Numbered from the stretch's first letter, positions 41,401 to 55,352 are shown. The stretch is DNA of 64,000 nucleotides from Azolla caroliniana (GCA_043228905.1 JBHGNT010000009.1:8060001-8124000), one strand, 5' to 3'. The notes: generated by a model not told the origin, from the sequence alone. Translations and numbers: made by a program.

Positions 41401-44400
41401 ACCGGCAACGTTGAGTCGGATCGGAGCGAATCCGACTCCGGAAAGGATGAAGGTGGATCTTCGAGAATGAAGTCTGAACAAGCCAAGAAGGGCCTCAAAC
41501 CAGGTAACAATAAGTTACACCGGTCTTCCCGCTAGAAGAACCCCGTGAAGCGGTACGGGTACAATGAGTACATGGTGCATCATTATGCATACATGACTAA
41601 GGTGGCGGAAGTGCGTGAGCCGGAGAGCTACGCAGAAGCGGCAAAGGACGCAAATTGGCATGCCTCTATGGAGGAAGAAATGCGGGCAGTTGATGCCAAC
41701 GACACATGGGACCTAGTTGACCCTCCCCGACACTGTAAACTGATAAGATGTAAGTGGGTGTATAAGGTAACGTACAATGCCGACGGTTCGGTTAATCAGT
41801 ACAAGGCCCAGTTAGTGGCGAAGGGATACGTGCAAACCCACGGAACCGACTACGGCGAGACCTTCGCTCTAGTAGCGAAGATGACGACGGTTCGTGTGGT
41901 GCTGGCGGTTGTTGCGGCAAGGGGGTGGCATCTTCACCAGATGGATGTGAAGAATGCATTTCTTCAAGGCGATCTTGAAGAAGAGGTCTTTATGACCCAA
42001 CCTCCCGATTTCCAGACGGAGATGAACAAGTCGGCGGTATGCCGGCTAAAGAAGTCACTTTATGGCCTGAAGCAAGCCCCCCGAGCTTGGAATGCGAAGA
42101 TCACGCACCGGTTGTGTAAGATGGGGTTTGCGGCCTCCAAGTCTGACTCTTCGTTGTTCATCCGGCAAGGTCTGAATGGTCCGGTTTGCATCTTGCTGTA
42201 TGTTGATGATCTAGTCATCACCGAACCCGGACTCGATGAAATCAACCGAGTCAAGTCCTAGTTGTCGGACGCATTTGAGATGAAGGACCTGGGGGACCTT
42301 CACTATTTCCTTGGGATCGAGGTGATCCGAACCCCCGACGGCATATTGCTCTCATAAAGACACTATGTGTTGAGTATGCTGTACAAGTTCGGCATGATAG
42401 AATGCCGACCGATCTCCACACCCTTGGACCGGAACCAGAAGCTCCATCCTGACTCCGGACCGGCTTGCGATGAGAAACGGTTCCGAAAAATCGTCGGAAG
42501 CCTGATATACTTGACGATCACTCTATCCGACCTCAATTACCCGGTCAGAGTGATCAACCAGTTCATGCAGAAGCCGACCGTCAAGTACCTTCAGTGCGCA
42601 CACCGGATACTCCGGTATGTGAGTGGCACGAAGGACCTGGGACTGTTATGCCGACATGGTATAACCAAAGAGTTAGTCGGCTACACCGATGCTGACTAGG
42701 CCGACGATGCATCGGATCGACGATCCACATCCGGCTATATGTTTTCCCTTGGTAGCGTGGTTGTTGCGTGGTGGTTGCGTGGAGCAGCAAAGAGCAGCCA
42801 ACAGTGGCCCTTTCGAGCACTGAGGCTGAATACCGGGGCGCTACCATTGCCACCTGTGAAGCCATTTGGCTTCGACAACTGCTGCAAGACCTGCGGATCG
42901 AGGTACCAACCCCGATCCTAATCTACTGCGACAACATAAGCAGCATGCAGCTCGCCAAGAACCCCGTATTCCATGCTCGCACAAAGCACATAGAAGGGCA
43001 CTACCACTTCGTGCGTGAGTGTGAGCGTGTCCTAAGCGGTGAAGTCGAACTTCAGTATGTTCATATGGATCGGCAAGTTGCCGACATCTTCACCAAACCG
43101 CTCGGATCAGACAAGTTGCAGCACTTCACCGAAATGCTTGGTGTTCAGCATCTCGATGTGCCACATTTGAGGGGGAGAACGGGCAAAGACACCGGAACGG
43201 GCAAAGACAAAGAAACTGCCGATTGCGCCGGTGAGGGAAGAACCGACAAAGGGAGAGACAAGAAGAAGAAAGGAGCCAAGTCGAAAAAGGAAGTTGACAC
43301 ATCCGAACAAGTCGGAACAAGCGGTAGCGGTGACAGAGTCAAGAAGGATAGAGTTGACCGGAAGAAGAAGGCCAAGACCCAGACATGGTCCGATGTGGTG
43401 AAGGGCCTGGAACCGGAAGACGAATCGGGAGCAACCGATTCGGACAAGAGCTGGAACAAATCAGAGACAGTTGATTCGGTTCAACAGACGGATTCGGAAG
43501 AACCGGATCAATTCAAGGCCAAGAGGACGAGAAGGTAGCCAAAGTCGACGCCAACACGAAGGAATCAGCGAATCGACAAGCGCCGAAGTCACATCAGCAA
43601 GCGAGTTGACTTAGGCTTGTTGAGTAGACAAGCCGACCGAGGAGGTCAAGGTGCGCAGAAACAGAAGGGTCACGGCAAACGGGACGGGACCGGACGAGGA
43701 GTGCAAGTGAGGCGGAGTGACGCCAGAAGGAGCTGGGTGGAAGGACCGGTTGCCATGGAGATTGACACTACGATCCGACCTCAAGTTGAGCATGAGGGGG
43801 AGTGTTGAGTGGCAAGCTCAATCGGATCCGGATCGTCTGAATAAGCCTGAGCCAGATTGACATCCGGAAGGATGAGCCGGTGAGCTAGGGAGCCGGTTAG
43901 CCAGATCCATCAGTAACCGAAAGCCTAGTAGCAGCCTAGACTACTAGGTAGTTAATGTCTCATAATTAGTGTTAGACGCTTGTGTGAGCATTGAAGTACA
44001 CCGTACTTCTGTTAGTCCATATGGACTTGCATAAAAGTGTTCAATGAACACATACGATGTATAGAGCATTACAGAGAACGGTTATTTTTGAATAGAGTCT
44101 TGTGTCTTCTCTCTCTCTCTCTCTTTGTCTCTCTTGCGTACTGTGTATATTGAAGCTCTCCATTCAACCTGCGTATTTTTTCTTCTTCGGTTTTCTACTT
44201 GCTTTCGCACGCTATTCTTTACATTTTCATTATTGCTTCCACACCACGTCGAGTTGCTTTGAAACCCAGCACCTGAGGATGTCTAGTTCTTCTTTGGTTT
44301 TCCGCCTCATCAAGGGAAAGGCCGAGTGGTGCAAGTGTGTTGACATTTGTTGTCTCCTCCTGTTCCTGAAAAACTTCATTTGTTACATGGTGGTGAACAT

Positions 44401-47400
44401 TAGCAACATTATTGTCAACATTTTGTAACTTATTCTTTCTGTGTTGTTTTAGCTCTAGAATGTATTTGCCTAATTTCTTTATATCTAGAGTATCTAATAG
44501 TTTGGGGAGGGTGGGAGAGGAACCAAGTATGTCTTGGTATTTTGCCCCTATCTCGGCGTAGGTTGGGCACTTGCATGTAAAGTGATACTCATCCTCTATC
44601 TCTATGTGACATAACGTACATATCCTTTCCTCCCTAGGGACTCCATTAGTATGACCATTCTCAATCTCAAGTTGGTGAGATGATATTCTAAGTTGTCCAA
44701 TGGCAACCCTTAGTGCATGTGGTAAGAATACATCTAGATATTTTGGCCGCGTGATAAAACCTAATTCAGAGATGTGCATGGCTCTCGTGGGGTGATCCAT
44801 TTATACCGAGTGTAAATTTGCCATATGTCTTGGCGTATTACTTTATTGCGGTCCTCATGAGATATTAAAGTGTTATCAATTGTGTGGTTGTACCTAAGGG
44901 GAGGTAGGTTATTAATGTCTAGACCATTTGCAAGAAGTCAACTTACCATCATGCCATACCATGAGCTAGTATAGCCGAACTCATACAATGATCGAGAGGC
45001 CTTAAAGGCTTGATGAGATATTCTATCATGTGGTTGGCTATGTATCCTATGAAGAAAGACTACAAGTTGGAAAAGTGCCTCTACTAACATTGGGGGTAAC
45101 GTGAACTGAGACCTAATAATGTCATGTGGTACTATCGATTTGCTTTGGAGTTGGCGTGAGAACATCATCACCAATGGTCTCTCTAATTGCTTCCACATGA
45201 AAGATGGTAATCCTGGAGCCCAAACAGCTGATGCATACATGAGGGAGGGGGTCACTAATGAGTCAAAGAGCCAACCTTTAGTCAGTGGCTCTTGAAAGTA
45301 TGCTTGGTGGCATTGTCTCCCTAGGAGTGAGAGGGATGCATGTCCTCTATAAGTCTATCCTTCGCTGCCTGTGTCATCGAAAATTTACCTGAGCGAGCAC
45401 TGAAAGTGACTCCGAGATAGATGTATGATCCAACCGCCTCAACTGGGCTATGGGAGATAGTTAGGTGACACTTAGCTCTAACTTGGGCTGATGTGTGGAA
45501 GATAAGGACTTTAGTTTTCCCTAGATTCACTACCAATCCTCGTTGTGCACAAAAGTCATCTAAGGCATTAAGGTGCCTTTGTAGGTCGTGTTCGGATTTA
45601 GAGAGCAAAACTATGTCATCCGCATAGAGCAAGATACGAACCTGCGTATCCCCAAGGACTACTTCGTTGCCTCCTTTACGAGCAATAAAATCTATGACCT
45701 CATCAATGTAGATCCTAAAAAGTGTCGGTGGTAGGGGGCAACCTTGTTTTACACCAATAGTGCTAGTGAAACAATTGGATAGGCCACTTGGGCATTGGAC
45801 ATACTCGGACACTTGTTCATATAGTGCGTAGATGGCCCAGACCATGTCATCTGGTATCCTGAAGCTTTAAAGCCTATCAAACAACCACTCTCTAGGAACT
45901 GTGTCAAAGGCCTTGCGGAAGTCCACAAAACAACAATATAATTTCTTCTTGTGAGCCTTAGTTTGGTCAATTAAGCATCTAAGTGTGAAGATATGATCAA
46001 TGGTGAAGAAGGCTCGTCTAAAGCCAGCTTGTTCAGGTGCACGAAGATTTAGGGTCTCCATATAATCGCTAAGCTTTGCTTCCATTACTGCACCATATAA
46101 TTTTGCAAGGGGTTGACCTATCATAATGGTCCTATATGTATTTGGGTCCATGGGGTCCCCCCCTTTATGTATGGGGGTCACTGTGTTCATAGTCCACTGT
46201 GGTGGAAAACCCTCCTCCGCAAGGGCACGATTGAAGATTAGAGTTAGCAAGGGAGCTAGGCACTCTCTTGCATATATAATGTGTTCTGCTCGCAATCCTG
46301 TGTGGTCCATGGACTTCCTATGTTGTAATTTCTTTATCACCTTCGTGACCCTAGAGGTCGTGAAAAGCGTCCCCGTGGTAGGTCGGGGTGTGGAAGGCAT
46401 TGGAATGGGTGGTTGGTTTGGGATTTGGTAAAGTCTCTCCGTATATGTGTGCCAGGTTTCGGGATCTTCGATGGGTGTTTGTGGTCTTGGCTCCCGTAGT
46501 CTTTTCCATGCCGTGGCACAATCGCTACTCATGAGCATATGGTAGAGTTCCCAATATTGGGATGCCTCCCACGCCTGTCTCTTATGACGTGTCATCTTGC
46601 GCATTTCTTTGCGGGCTTGTATTGAGGTAATACTACCATTGAGTTGTGATACTGTAAGTTGTCTATGTAAGTCCCTACAATTCTCATCATACCATTTATT
46701 TTGTGGCATAGATCTTGATCTACCTTGATTTGAGTGTTTTGTATATGGGAAACTGCTAGTTGCTGCAGAGTGAAGGATGTGTGTGAGTTTCGTACTAAGG
46801 CTTTCTAAAGGTAGGGAGGGATCAAGGGAGGAGAGATGGGCTTGAACATGTTGAGAGTATATGTCAGAGAGCTCATGTGTGAAATGTATTGTGGTGTGAT
46901 GACGTGGTTGACTAGATTTGGTGACCTTAGAGATATCACATTTTAGGTCGAAGTATAAGAAACTATGGTCTGCGCCAATAGGGCATGGGCCACCCGGAAG
47001 GACTTAATCATGTGGGTAGCTTCAAGGCGTCCTATTAGATAATGTACTCTACTTTCCCCTCCTCCATGTGGGAAACATGTGAGCTCTTCCGAGCTCGACC
47101 ACTTGGCTAAACCATTTTATATGACCATCCGGTGCCGACTGCAAAGTTCGAGCAGATGATGGCCAAAGCTCGTGGTGTCCGCACCTTGATCCTTTGATCT
47201 ACGTGTGGTGCCTATGTCTAAAGGATTGACATTTACCATTTCTAGGTTTCTATTCATTTGAAATACTGTGCATTGTCAGGATTGGGTTCTCGCATTGAAG
47301 TCTCCTACAAGGAATACTTCTCCTTGGGAAGAATATTGGATTATGTCATCCGATAGAGGTTCGTATGGGGAAGGCCCATGTGGCATTCCTTCATCGACTA

Positions 47401-48941
47401 ATCTCGCCAAGCCAACAATATTATAACGGGATCCTTTTGGGGGAAAGTAAAAAATGGCAAAAAATACTGGTCCTTGCTTGTGGAGACTTTCACCCACATA
47501 AAACGAGCTTCTGGGTCTGTCCTCAATATTTCTATCCTATTATGTAGCTCTTTATGAAACAATATTGCGACACCTCCAGATCCCCTGGTAGTGTGTCGAC
47601 GTGAGGTTTGTCTAAAAGCGGACTCCCAACGGAATCCTTCGACCTGTGGGAGTCCTCTATTTGGGCTTTGGTGTGTTTCTATCAAGAAAAGTATATATGT
47701 ACCTTTAATATCTCCTCTAGGCGGCCGGGGTGTGTCCAGAGTGCACCGTTACAATTCTATAAGGTCATCCTAAGTGCATTTTCTGTCACATGGGCTACAC
47801 GCCGTCAATTAGTAGTGCGATCATTTATGATCACTCGCCCATCTCGGTAAAAGGCGCGATGCCCTTCTTTACGAGCTTGCATAACTCGTGGCATACAACT
47901 CTTGAGATGCTCAATTTGCATCTTAGTGAGGTCTTCATCGAGATAGATAGGGTCCCCACCCAATCCTCGAAGAATTGGTCTCTTCTTAAAGAAAGTGATT
48001 CTAGAGTCTAAGTCTTTAAATTGAAGGACTAAGACTCTCTTCCTTGTTGTGTCACGTCTGACCCTCCATGCTTTGGTGATAGGTAGGGCCCCTGTGTACC
48101 CTAACATTTTCCCAAGTGTTTGTGCATCCTCATCTAGGGATGCACCTTCCTTGAGCCCAGTGACTTGTACATTTAAGCATCGGGCGTGACACATTTTGTC
48201 TTCTTCAAGGGTGGTATTAACAATATTTTCATCTTTTATTTCTTTTTTAATGTTTCTTTTAACCACGTCTACCCAACCCGTTTTAGCTAACTCTATGTTA
48301 TTTTTAGCTTCCTCTTTAACTTTTTTAATCTCGTCCTTTATATCCTCTATGGAGGATATTTCACCGTCCTCTCGAGATACCTCGATGTCATAAAGTTGTT
48401 TTTTAAGGTTGGTGTTTTCCACTTTAAGTTTTTCTATTTCGGCCTTGAGGGCGTCTTTTTCCTCTCTATCTTTTTTCTTGTGGGTTTCGGCGTCTTTCAC
48501 CCATTTTTTCATATCCATCTCTATTTTTGTTAAACGATTAAACATATCTAAAAAGTCCTCCTTACGTATACCCTCGTCTTGTGTATCCTTATGTTCCTTA
48601 GTCCGTTTAGACGTCATTGTGGTGTCAATAAGAAAAAAAAAAGATAAAATAAATGGGTTCGAGACTTAGCCGAGTTTGTGTGTATGTCGCAGTCACATCG
48701 GCATTTTGTAGCATGCGACGATGTAGCACGTGATGAGCACGCTAAAAGAATCCACCCACGGATGCGCCAAGAAAAACGACACTTGACAATGTCAAGAAAA
48801 GAAAGAGAAGAAACACGCCACGACGACCAAGAACCAACGACGATAGATGAAGATGACAACGACGATGACATATAGCAGTGACGATAGCAACAACAGACGA
48901 CGGCGACGGCAATAGCACCAGAAAGAGCCGTTACACCAGAG

Positions 48942-48943
<2 letters not shown>
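38414..48943 (-). mobile_element. RTEX/CR1-like LINE B, interrupted by the copia at ~38499-44223
   Basis: ORF1 48617-47805 (coiled coil plus IYLDEDLT). APE ~47790-46900 (GDFNART) and RT 46709-45321 (FVDFRKAFD, LLYADD). C-terminal SHQLEIENG..ERICTLC..EDEYHF..CP. (GA)n on both flanks. Confidence 0.88.
38499..44223 (+). mobile_element. Near-complete Ty1/copia element, 5' LTR truncated by ~140 bp
   Basis: LTRs ~38499-38767 and 43803-44223. PBS TGGTATTAGAGC at 38768-38779 and PPT GAGGGGGAG. Gag starts at 38851, INT 40077-41075, RT 41545-42699, RH from 42768. Confidence 0.93.
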
Positions 48944-48986
<43 letters not shown>

Positions 48987-49464
48987 CAAGATAGGCACAT
49001 AAAATAGAAATCATATATTCAAAGAATGGTAACAATAACATGAACTAGGTTACAAAGCCAGCTATATACTAACTAGGCTAGGGCAAGTGTTCTTTGACAT
49101 ATTTACATTATTGTCCTAAACCTAGTCTATCCAAAGGGACAATGTGAATACGTCCATTATACATCTGTATTCGACACTCCCCCGTAATGGGCGTATACAC
49201 CAAAAGGAATGAGCAGAAAGTATAGGTTTATACAAAAGATTGTCAGACAAGTTAGCTAGTGACCGAATTGACAATGGCAAAAAAAATAGAAGCCGGATCG
49301 ATTGTGCTGATTGTTGAGAAAGTCGAATTCTACAAGTGTTGATGCCGATTGTTCAAAGTCATCCTAGTGTCTGACTTAATCAGACTTATTTTTCCTGATG
49401 CCCATCTGGTGCCTAAGAGATCGGAATCGGTCTGCTGGAGAGCCTCATTCGTCGCGTCGGATGT

Positions 49465-50822
49465 TGTCATGAAAATCTGCCACTATGTGCGGATCGTGAG
49501 GCAGAACCGCGGAGATTATGGACTGGAAGGAATCAGGGCTCACATGCACAACATGCTTGCTCGATTGTTTTGTGAAACAGAGAGGTACATGGGCAAGCCC
49601 GAATCAACCCCTAGCCACAAGATGAATGAACACATGAGAGGAAGGCTTACACACACAAGGTATGAATATTAGAATGTGTTCATGAAAAGGATAGGTGCAT
49701 GGGCAAGCCCAAATCAGCCCATAGTCACAAGACGAACGTACACACGAGAGGAAGGTTTACACACATAAGGCATAAAAGTTTGAATGCCTTTGTGAAAGGA
49801 GAGGCACATAGGCAAACCCGAAACGCTCCCGAGTCACAAGACACACGTATGAACACACAAGGAAAAGCCTTACATAAAAGACACAGAAGTTCGAATGCCT
49901 TTGTGAAAATGAGAGGTGCATGGGCACGCTTGAACACTCCCTCATCACAAGACACACGAACACACAAGCAAGATTTACACACGAAATACAAAATTTCGAA
50001 TGCCTTTGTGAAAGGAGAGATGCATAGGCAAGCCTGAACGCTCCCTCGTCACAAGACACGCAGACACACAAGCAAGATTTTCACAGGAGACATGTAGGTG
50101 AAGCAAACATTACTTGATTACAAAATAAGATATTCTTTTATAAAATAAGAATAAAGTTACAATGGGTTTTTTGAGAGATAGTTTCTCAAGGAAGGGAGAA
50201 GAGAGATGGAGAAAAGAAGTGAGTGGAGTACAGAAGAGAGAGATCCTTGTTTGATGTTGCCTCTTGATGTTGATGATTCCTCTTCTTTCGCCTTCCAATT
50301 CTGTAGAGCTTCCACGTCTCTTCTCCCTCCCCCCTTCTTCTGAAGAATAAGCTCTTATTTATAGGGTTTTTACTGCTTGCTTTTTTCCCCTAAAAGAAAA
50401 GCTTATGTATGTGAGATGCTTTTTCTTTTCATCACTATTTCTGTTTTGTAACCTCCAATTTCACGTGCAAGCTATTTTTGGAAAGCTAGTCATGTTAGAT
50501 TTCTTATGCATCTTTTCTTTTCTAATTTGGATACCGGACGAAGAAATTATGAGCTCTTTTCTCTACCTAGCTCTTTATATCCACGCCTTGTTTTTTTTAC
50601 CTTTTTATCTCTACTTTTTCTACTTTTGAAAACCACCTCTAACTTTATATCCTTTATCATTTATTATTAGATTCAGTCTTTGACCTTTCATTCATAAGGC
50701 ATCCTCTTTGACAAATGAAAAGTATTTTTGTTACTAACAAAGTTGTTTATTTGTAGTACTATTTTATTTCATATCCGGGGGGATTTCACACATTGTGTCG
50801 AAAACATCATGATATCGCGACA
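49465..50822. mobile_element. Solo LTR (~1.36 kb) with ~117-bp tandem repeats (~49570-50090), inserted into copia RNaseH
   Basis: Ends TGTCATGA...TCGCGACA with 4-bp flanks ATGT/ACGT. The start resembles LTR 52529. Copia RH motifs TTEAEY and SDATNEAL lie on either side. Confidence 0.65.
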
Positions 50823-53207
50823 ACGTATTCGGCTTCGGTGGTTGAAGTGGCCATGCACTCCTAAAGTTTTGACTTCCATGAAATTGCTCCAGTGCTGAAA
50901 TTGAAGAAGTATCCGGTTGTCAACTTTCGGCTGTCTGCACAGCCGGCAAAGTCCAAGTTGATGTAGCCAACTATGCCTAAGTGCTTGTTCGGGCTGAAGA
51001 GGATGCCAAGGTCTTGTATGCCCACCTATCTGAATACATGCTTGACTGCATTCCAATGTTGTTGACTGGGGTTGTGCATGAATTTGTTGACGTTTCCTAC
51101 AATGTGAGCAATATCAAACCGTGTCGTGACTCGTGACCATCGCGTACATTAAGGAGTCGAATGTTGGTGCGTATGGTACCGACTTCATATCTTCCACCTC
51201 CAGAGCAGATCTCGTACAATCTCTATGAGACAGTTGAAGGCTAAGTGGGAGTGAGGTCGAAGCAAATTTGACCGAATGCATGTTGAGGCGCTCTAGGACA
51301 CACTTGATGTAGTCGGCTTGAGACAAAAACAATTGTCACTGATTCCGGATGAGACAAAAACAATTGTCAACCGAGATCGGCAAGCTCTCCACCATGCTGA
51401 CTAGAGAGAAGCATGCCATCCACATATAGGATGAGGAAGATGGGAGACCCATCTTGAGCTATTTTGGTGAAGAGGCAGTGGTCCTCATCACTCTTGGAGA
51501 AGCTGACCGATTGTATAAAATTGTCGAACATCTTATACCACTGCCGGGGAGCCTGCTTCAAGCCGTATAAACTCTTCTCGAGTTGGCAGACTAGATGTTC
51601 TTAGTCAGGTTCAACAAAGCCTTTCGACTGTTACATGTAGATTTCCTCCTCTAGTTCACTGTGGAGGAATGTCATCTTCACATCTAGCTGAATAAGCTCC
51701 AAGTCTTCGGTGGCCACTATGCTGAGTAAGAAGTGAATGGTGGTCCTTTTCACTAATGTGAAAAAATTTAGTCGAAGTCGATTCCATATTCATGTCGGAA
51801 ACCCTTCGCGATTAGTCTAGCTTTGAATTTGGGATTTGTCAAATCAAACATTTCTTTGAGTCGATAGACCCACTTGCACAAAAGAGCATATTGATTTTTC
51901 AGTAGTTCGACTAAGTTCCATGTCTTGTTATGCTGAATGGAGTTCATTTTGGACGAGTCCATAGCCAGATGCCAAGTGGCTGAATCGGCGCAACCGATGC
52001 TTCTTCATATGACGTTCGCTCGCCGACGTCCGTACAAAAGAGGTAGGAGAGTATCTCCCCAGTGGCTGAGACAATTGTTCGGATCATCTTGGGACGACTG
52101 GACTCGCCGGATCATCACTAATGATTGTCTTGAGTAGCCAATCCATTATGTAGATCACTACTTGGGCTGCTCTTTGAGTCGGCTTGTCCCATAGAGGTGG
52201 CTTGTCGTGTTGCCGCTCTAGTGTATTGTGTTGGGCCATCGAGGGTAGTCAAAGCATCCGAAAATGTGATTCATCTGACTTCAATTGGCCTTTTGGCCGG
52301 TTTGTGCATTTTCGACTCATTGAAAATGACTTCTGAACTTCGGACGACTTGTCTTTTTCTGGATCCTAGAGTCGGTAGCCGAATTCACCTTCTGATCCAT
52401 AACTAAGGAAAATACATTTCCGGGATTGCGGCTCGAGCTTTCGGCGGTCGTCCTTTGGCACAAGTGTGAATGCTTCGAAACCAAAAATCCGTAGTTTCTT
52501 ATAATTTAGCCTATGGCCAATCCAACGTTGTCGTGAAGAAAATCGGCCATAGGCGGATTTGGAGAGAAAGGCGCGTGAACCGGCTCTTACACGGATGGAC
52601 GCGTAACTTGATATTTTGTACCCGATTCATAAACGGATCGGTAGGTGAAATACGAGGTGGCACGCATTCATCAGGGGATTGTGTGTATCTCTGTCAGACG
52701 GAGGGGAGGACAGGGAATAAAAAGGGACTTGACAAGAGAGAAGGGCATCACGCGCGAGGAGGAGGAGGAGCGTTGCTGCAGAACGGAAGGCGGAGCTCTC
52801 TCTCTTGGACGCGAATCGTCGCTCTCTGCGGGTGTCGGGAGGTCGCTGCCTCTGCTTCGTGGACAGCCCGTGTGCTTCCAGCAGAGTCGCTCCCTTTCCC
52901 CCTTTTGTTTCTCTGTGTCGTGTGACTGTCGTCGGTGTGCGTGAGTAGGGACCCTGTGTCGGGTCGGTCGCCGCTTTGTCGGTTGTAACTGTCGGAGTTT
53001 GTAATCTCAGTCATTATAATTGAGCGTTACGTTTTAAATCTCTCTTTCTCACTTCTACGTGTCGGTGAATCTCTCTCTCTGTCTCTCTCTCTCTCTCGCT
53101 GCTTGGTCCAAGACCCCCGTGGTCCCGCCCCTTTTTGCACGTATGCGCGTAACAACGCGACATCTTTGGTGAACCCGACATGAACAGGCTGGCAAAGTAG
53201 TCGAAAG

Positions 53208-55352
53208 ATGAGGGGATCGGAGCTAGCAGAGGCAATGGCGGTGGCCGTCGACCGGCTGGTGAGCGCTCGTGAGGGAACGGGTACCCTCGACAGAGCCATT
53301 GAATCGATCATCGGCTCTATAGGCCATTTTGGAGGGAAAGACACCACAAGTTATTTGGAGGCTTACCGGCCCGAAATGATCATGAGGGATATCCCAGTGG
53401 ACAGGCGGCTATCCAGATTCCCTCGGGTGGTGACGCCGGGCATCCATGCGGGGGTGCTCGAGGTGCTGGCCGGATGCCAGACTTGGGAGGAGTTCGAGCT
53501 GCAACCCCTCGAGAAGTACGGGTTTGACGACTCGCTCCGACTGTCGAGGTGGAACTTCATGGCATGGGTGGAAAGCCCCGGAAAAGGGAGGAACACGACG
53601 GTGCTCCTCCAGGAGTTCGAAAAACGGTTCGCACGGCTGTCGACGCTGGATCGGATGGTGCTCGAAACAAGTCGAGTACTGCTGTTTGTCAAGTCGGTGG
53701 AGGCGCTCGACAGGGAAAAGGTGGGACCCCTATTGGAAATAGACAAAGGGCTCACGACGGATTGGGCCGTGGTAAAACGGGTCTGCAGCCATTTCGACAA
53801 ACGGCGAGATTGGAGCGACGGAAGCACGTCGGGGTCGGGGTCGGGGTCGGGGCCGGTCCCGGGGAGGAGGCTCGAGGAGCCGGTTTCGGTGCTGGCTGGG
53901 AGGAAGGAAGAGACCCGAATTTGGCCGGAGTCGGGGTCGGCATCGAACGACGTGGTCAGAGGCCCGTCCGGAGGAGCGGCTCTGGAGGAGCTAACACAGA
54001 TGGTGCGCGACTTGCAGATCGCACAGGCCCGAAGAGACAGCAGTGAACAACCTCGCGACCGGAGGCCGCCGGCTGGGCAACGGTGCATGTGGTGTGTCGC
54101 GATCGGTCACATTCGGAAGGACTGCACGGACTTCGCCGACACGCTCAGGACCAACGTGGTGTACCTCTGGAACGGGCGGGTGCACGCGAGCGAGACCCGG
54201 AGAGCCCTGGAACTGAATACGGGGTGCGGCGGCATGAAGAGGTTGATGGAAGAGGCCGTGGCACGGCACGTCGAAGCCGTTAACTACTCAGTGTCGGCGG
54301 GAATTCGGGTTGGGGGTGATGAGACCCGGAAGGTGAAGGACTCCGGATTCTGGCTGCTAGTGCTGGAAGGCCTCTCCGGAGTTCGGTTGAGGAGGGAAGA
54401 GGCGGACAGTGTGGAACAACGGGTCCAGGAGGTCACCGGTTGGGACGATCCGGTGGAAGAGAAAACGGGCTTTGTAGAAGCCACTTGCCAGAACTACGAG
54501 GTTCTGCTGGAGGACAAACGGGCAGGAAAGGCTGGAGGGGTCAGCCCCCCGAGGTATGAGACCCGGTTCGGACCGAAACCGACCGGTGCCGACAACCCAA
54601 GCGTGCCGGATGGGAAGAAGCAGGCGGGCTTTCGGTTGAGCACCGAAATCGAGAGAGAAACGGACCTACGGAAGGTCCTTGAAGAGAGAATCCTCGACAG
54701 TAAAGTGGAGCTGTCGTTGCGGGAGGTGCTGCGGATCGCCAAGAGGGAGTTCCACGACTCTATCGTAGACTTGGTGAAGCGTAAGAGGCTCTCGACGGAG
54801 CCGGAACCGGAGAAGCCGGTGGAGGTGCGGACCACGCACCTGGAAGACGAAGCCCTGGAAGACGAGCTGGCGGGAAGCCACTACACGAAGCCGCATTGGG
54901 CCAGGGTGACTACGGAAACCCCCGTACGGATCGGCAACGTTCTGGAACCGGCGGTGGCGTTGGTAGACCATGGATCCAAAATCAACCTGATGTCCATGGA
55001 GTTCTACAAGAAGGGTAAATGGCCGATCAACACCAAGCACGACTGGAAGATACGGGCAACGATGCGCGCCACGGAAGAACTACATGGGGCCTGTCCAAAC
55101 GTACGGGTGAAAATCGGTGATGTCGAGATCGACTAGCACTTCTTCGTGCAGGAGACGTCCTCGCATCCCGTTATACTAGGAGAGCCATATATCACGGCGG
55201 TGCGGATGGAGATCAAGGTGCTGGACAACGGTTTAGCCTATGCAAAAGTCAAAAGCTAGGACGGGCGCCACTCGGTCCAGTTCCTAACGGTGAGACCAAA
55301 CCACGAGCGTAACCGCGAGGCCCTCGACAACGAAACTCGAGGGGATTTTTAG
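53208..55352 (+). pseudogene. Gypsy ORF1: gag (CCHC knuckle) plus aspartic protease
   Basis: CMWCVAIGHIRKDC, ALVDHGSKIN and PVILGEPY. Two internal TAGs (probable CAG mutations). The frame ends GGG GAT TTT TAG at 55352. Confidence 0.85.

Noticed and set aside
49570-50090. ~117-bp repeats as a CRISPR or ncRNA array
   Set aside because: These are degenerate full-length tandem units inside a solo LTR.
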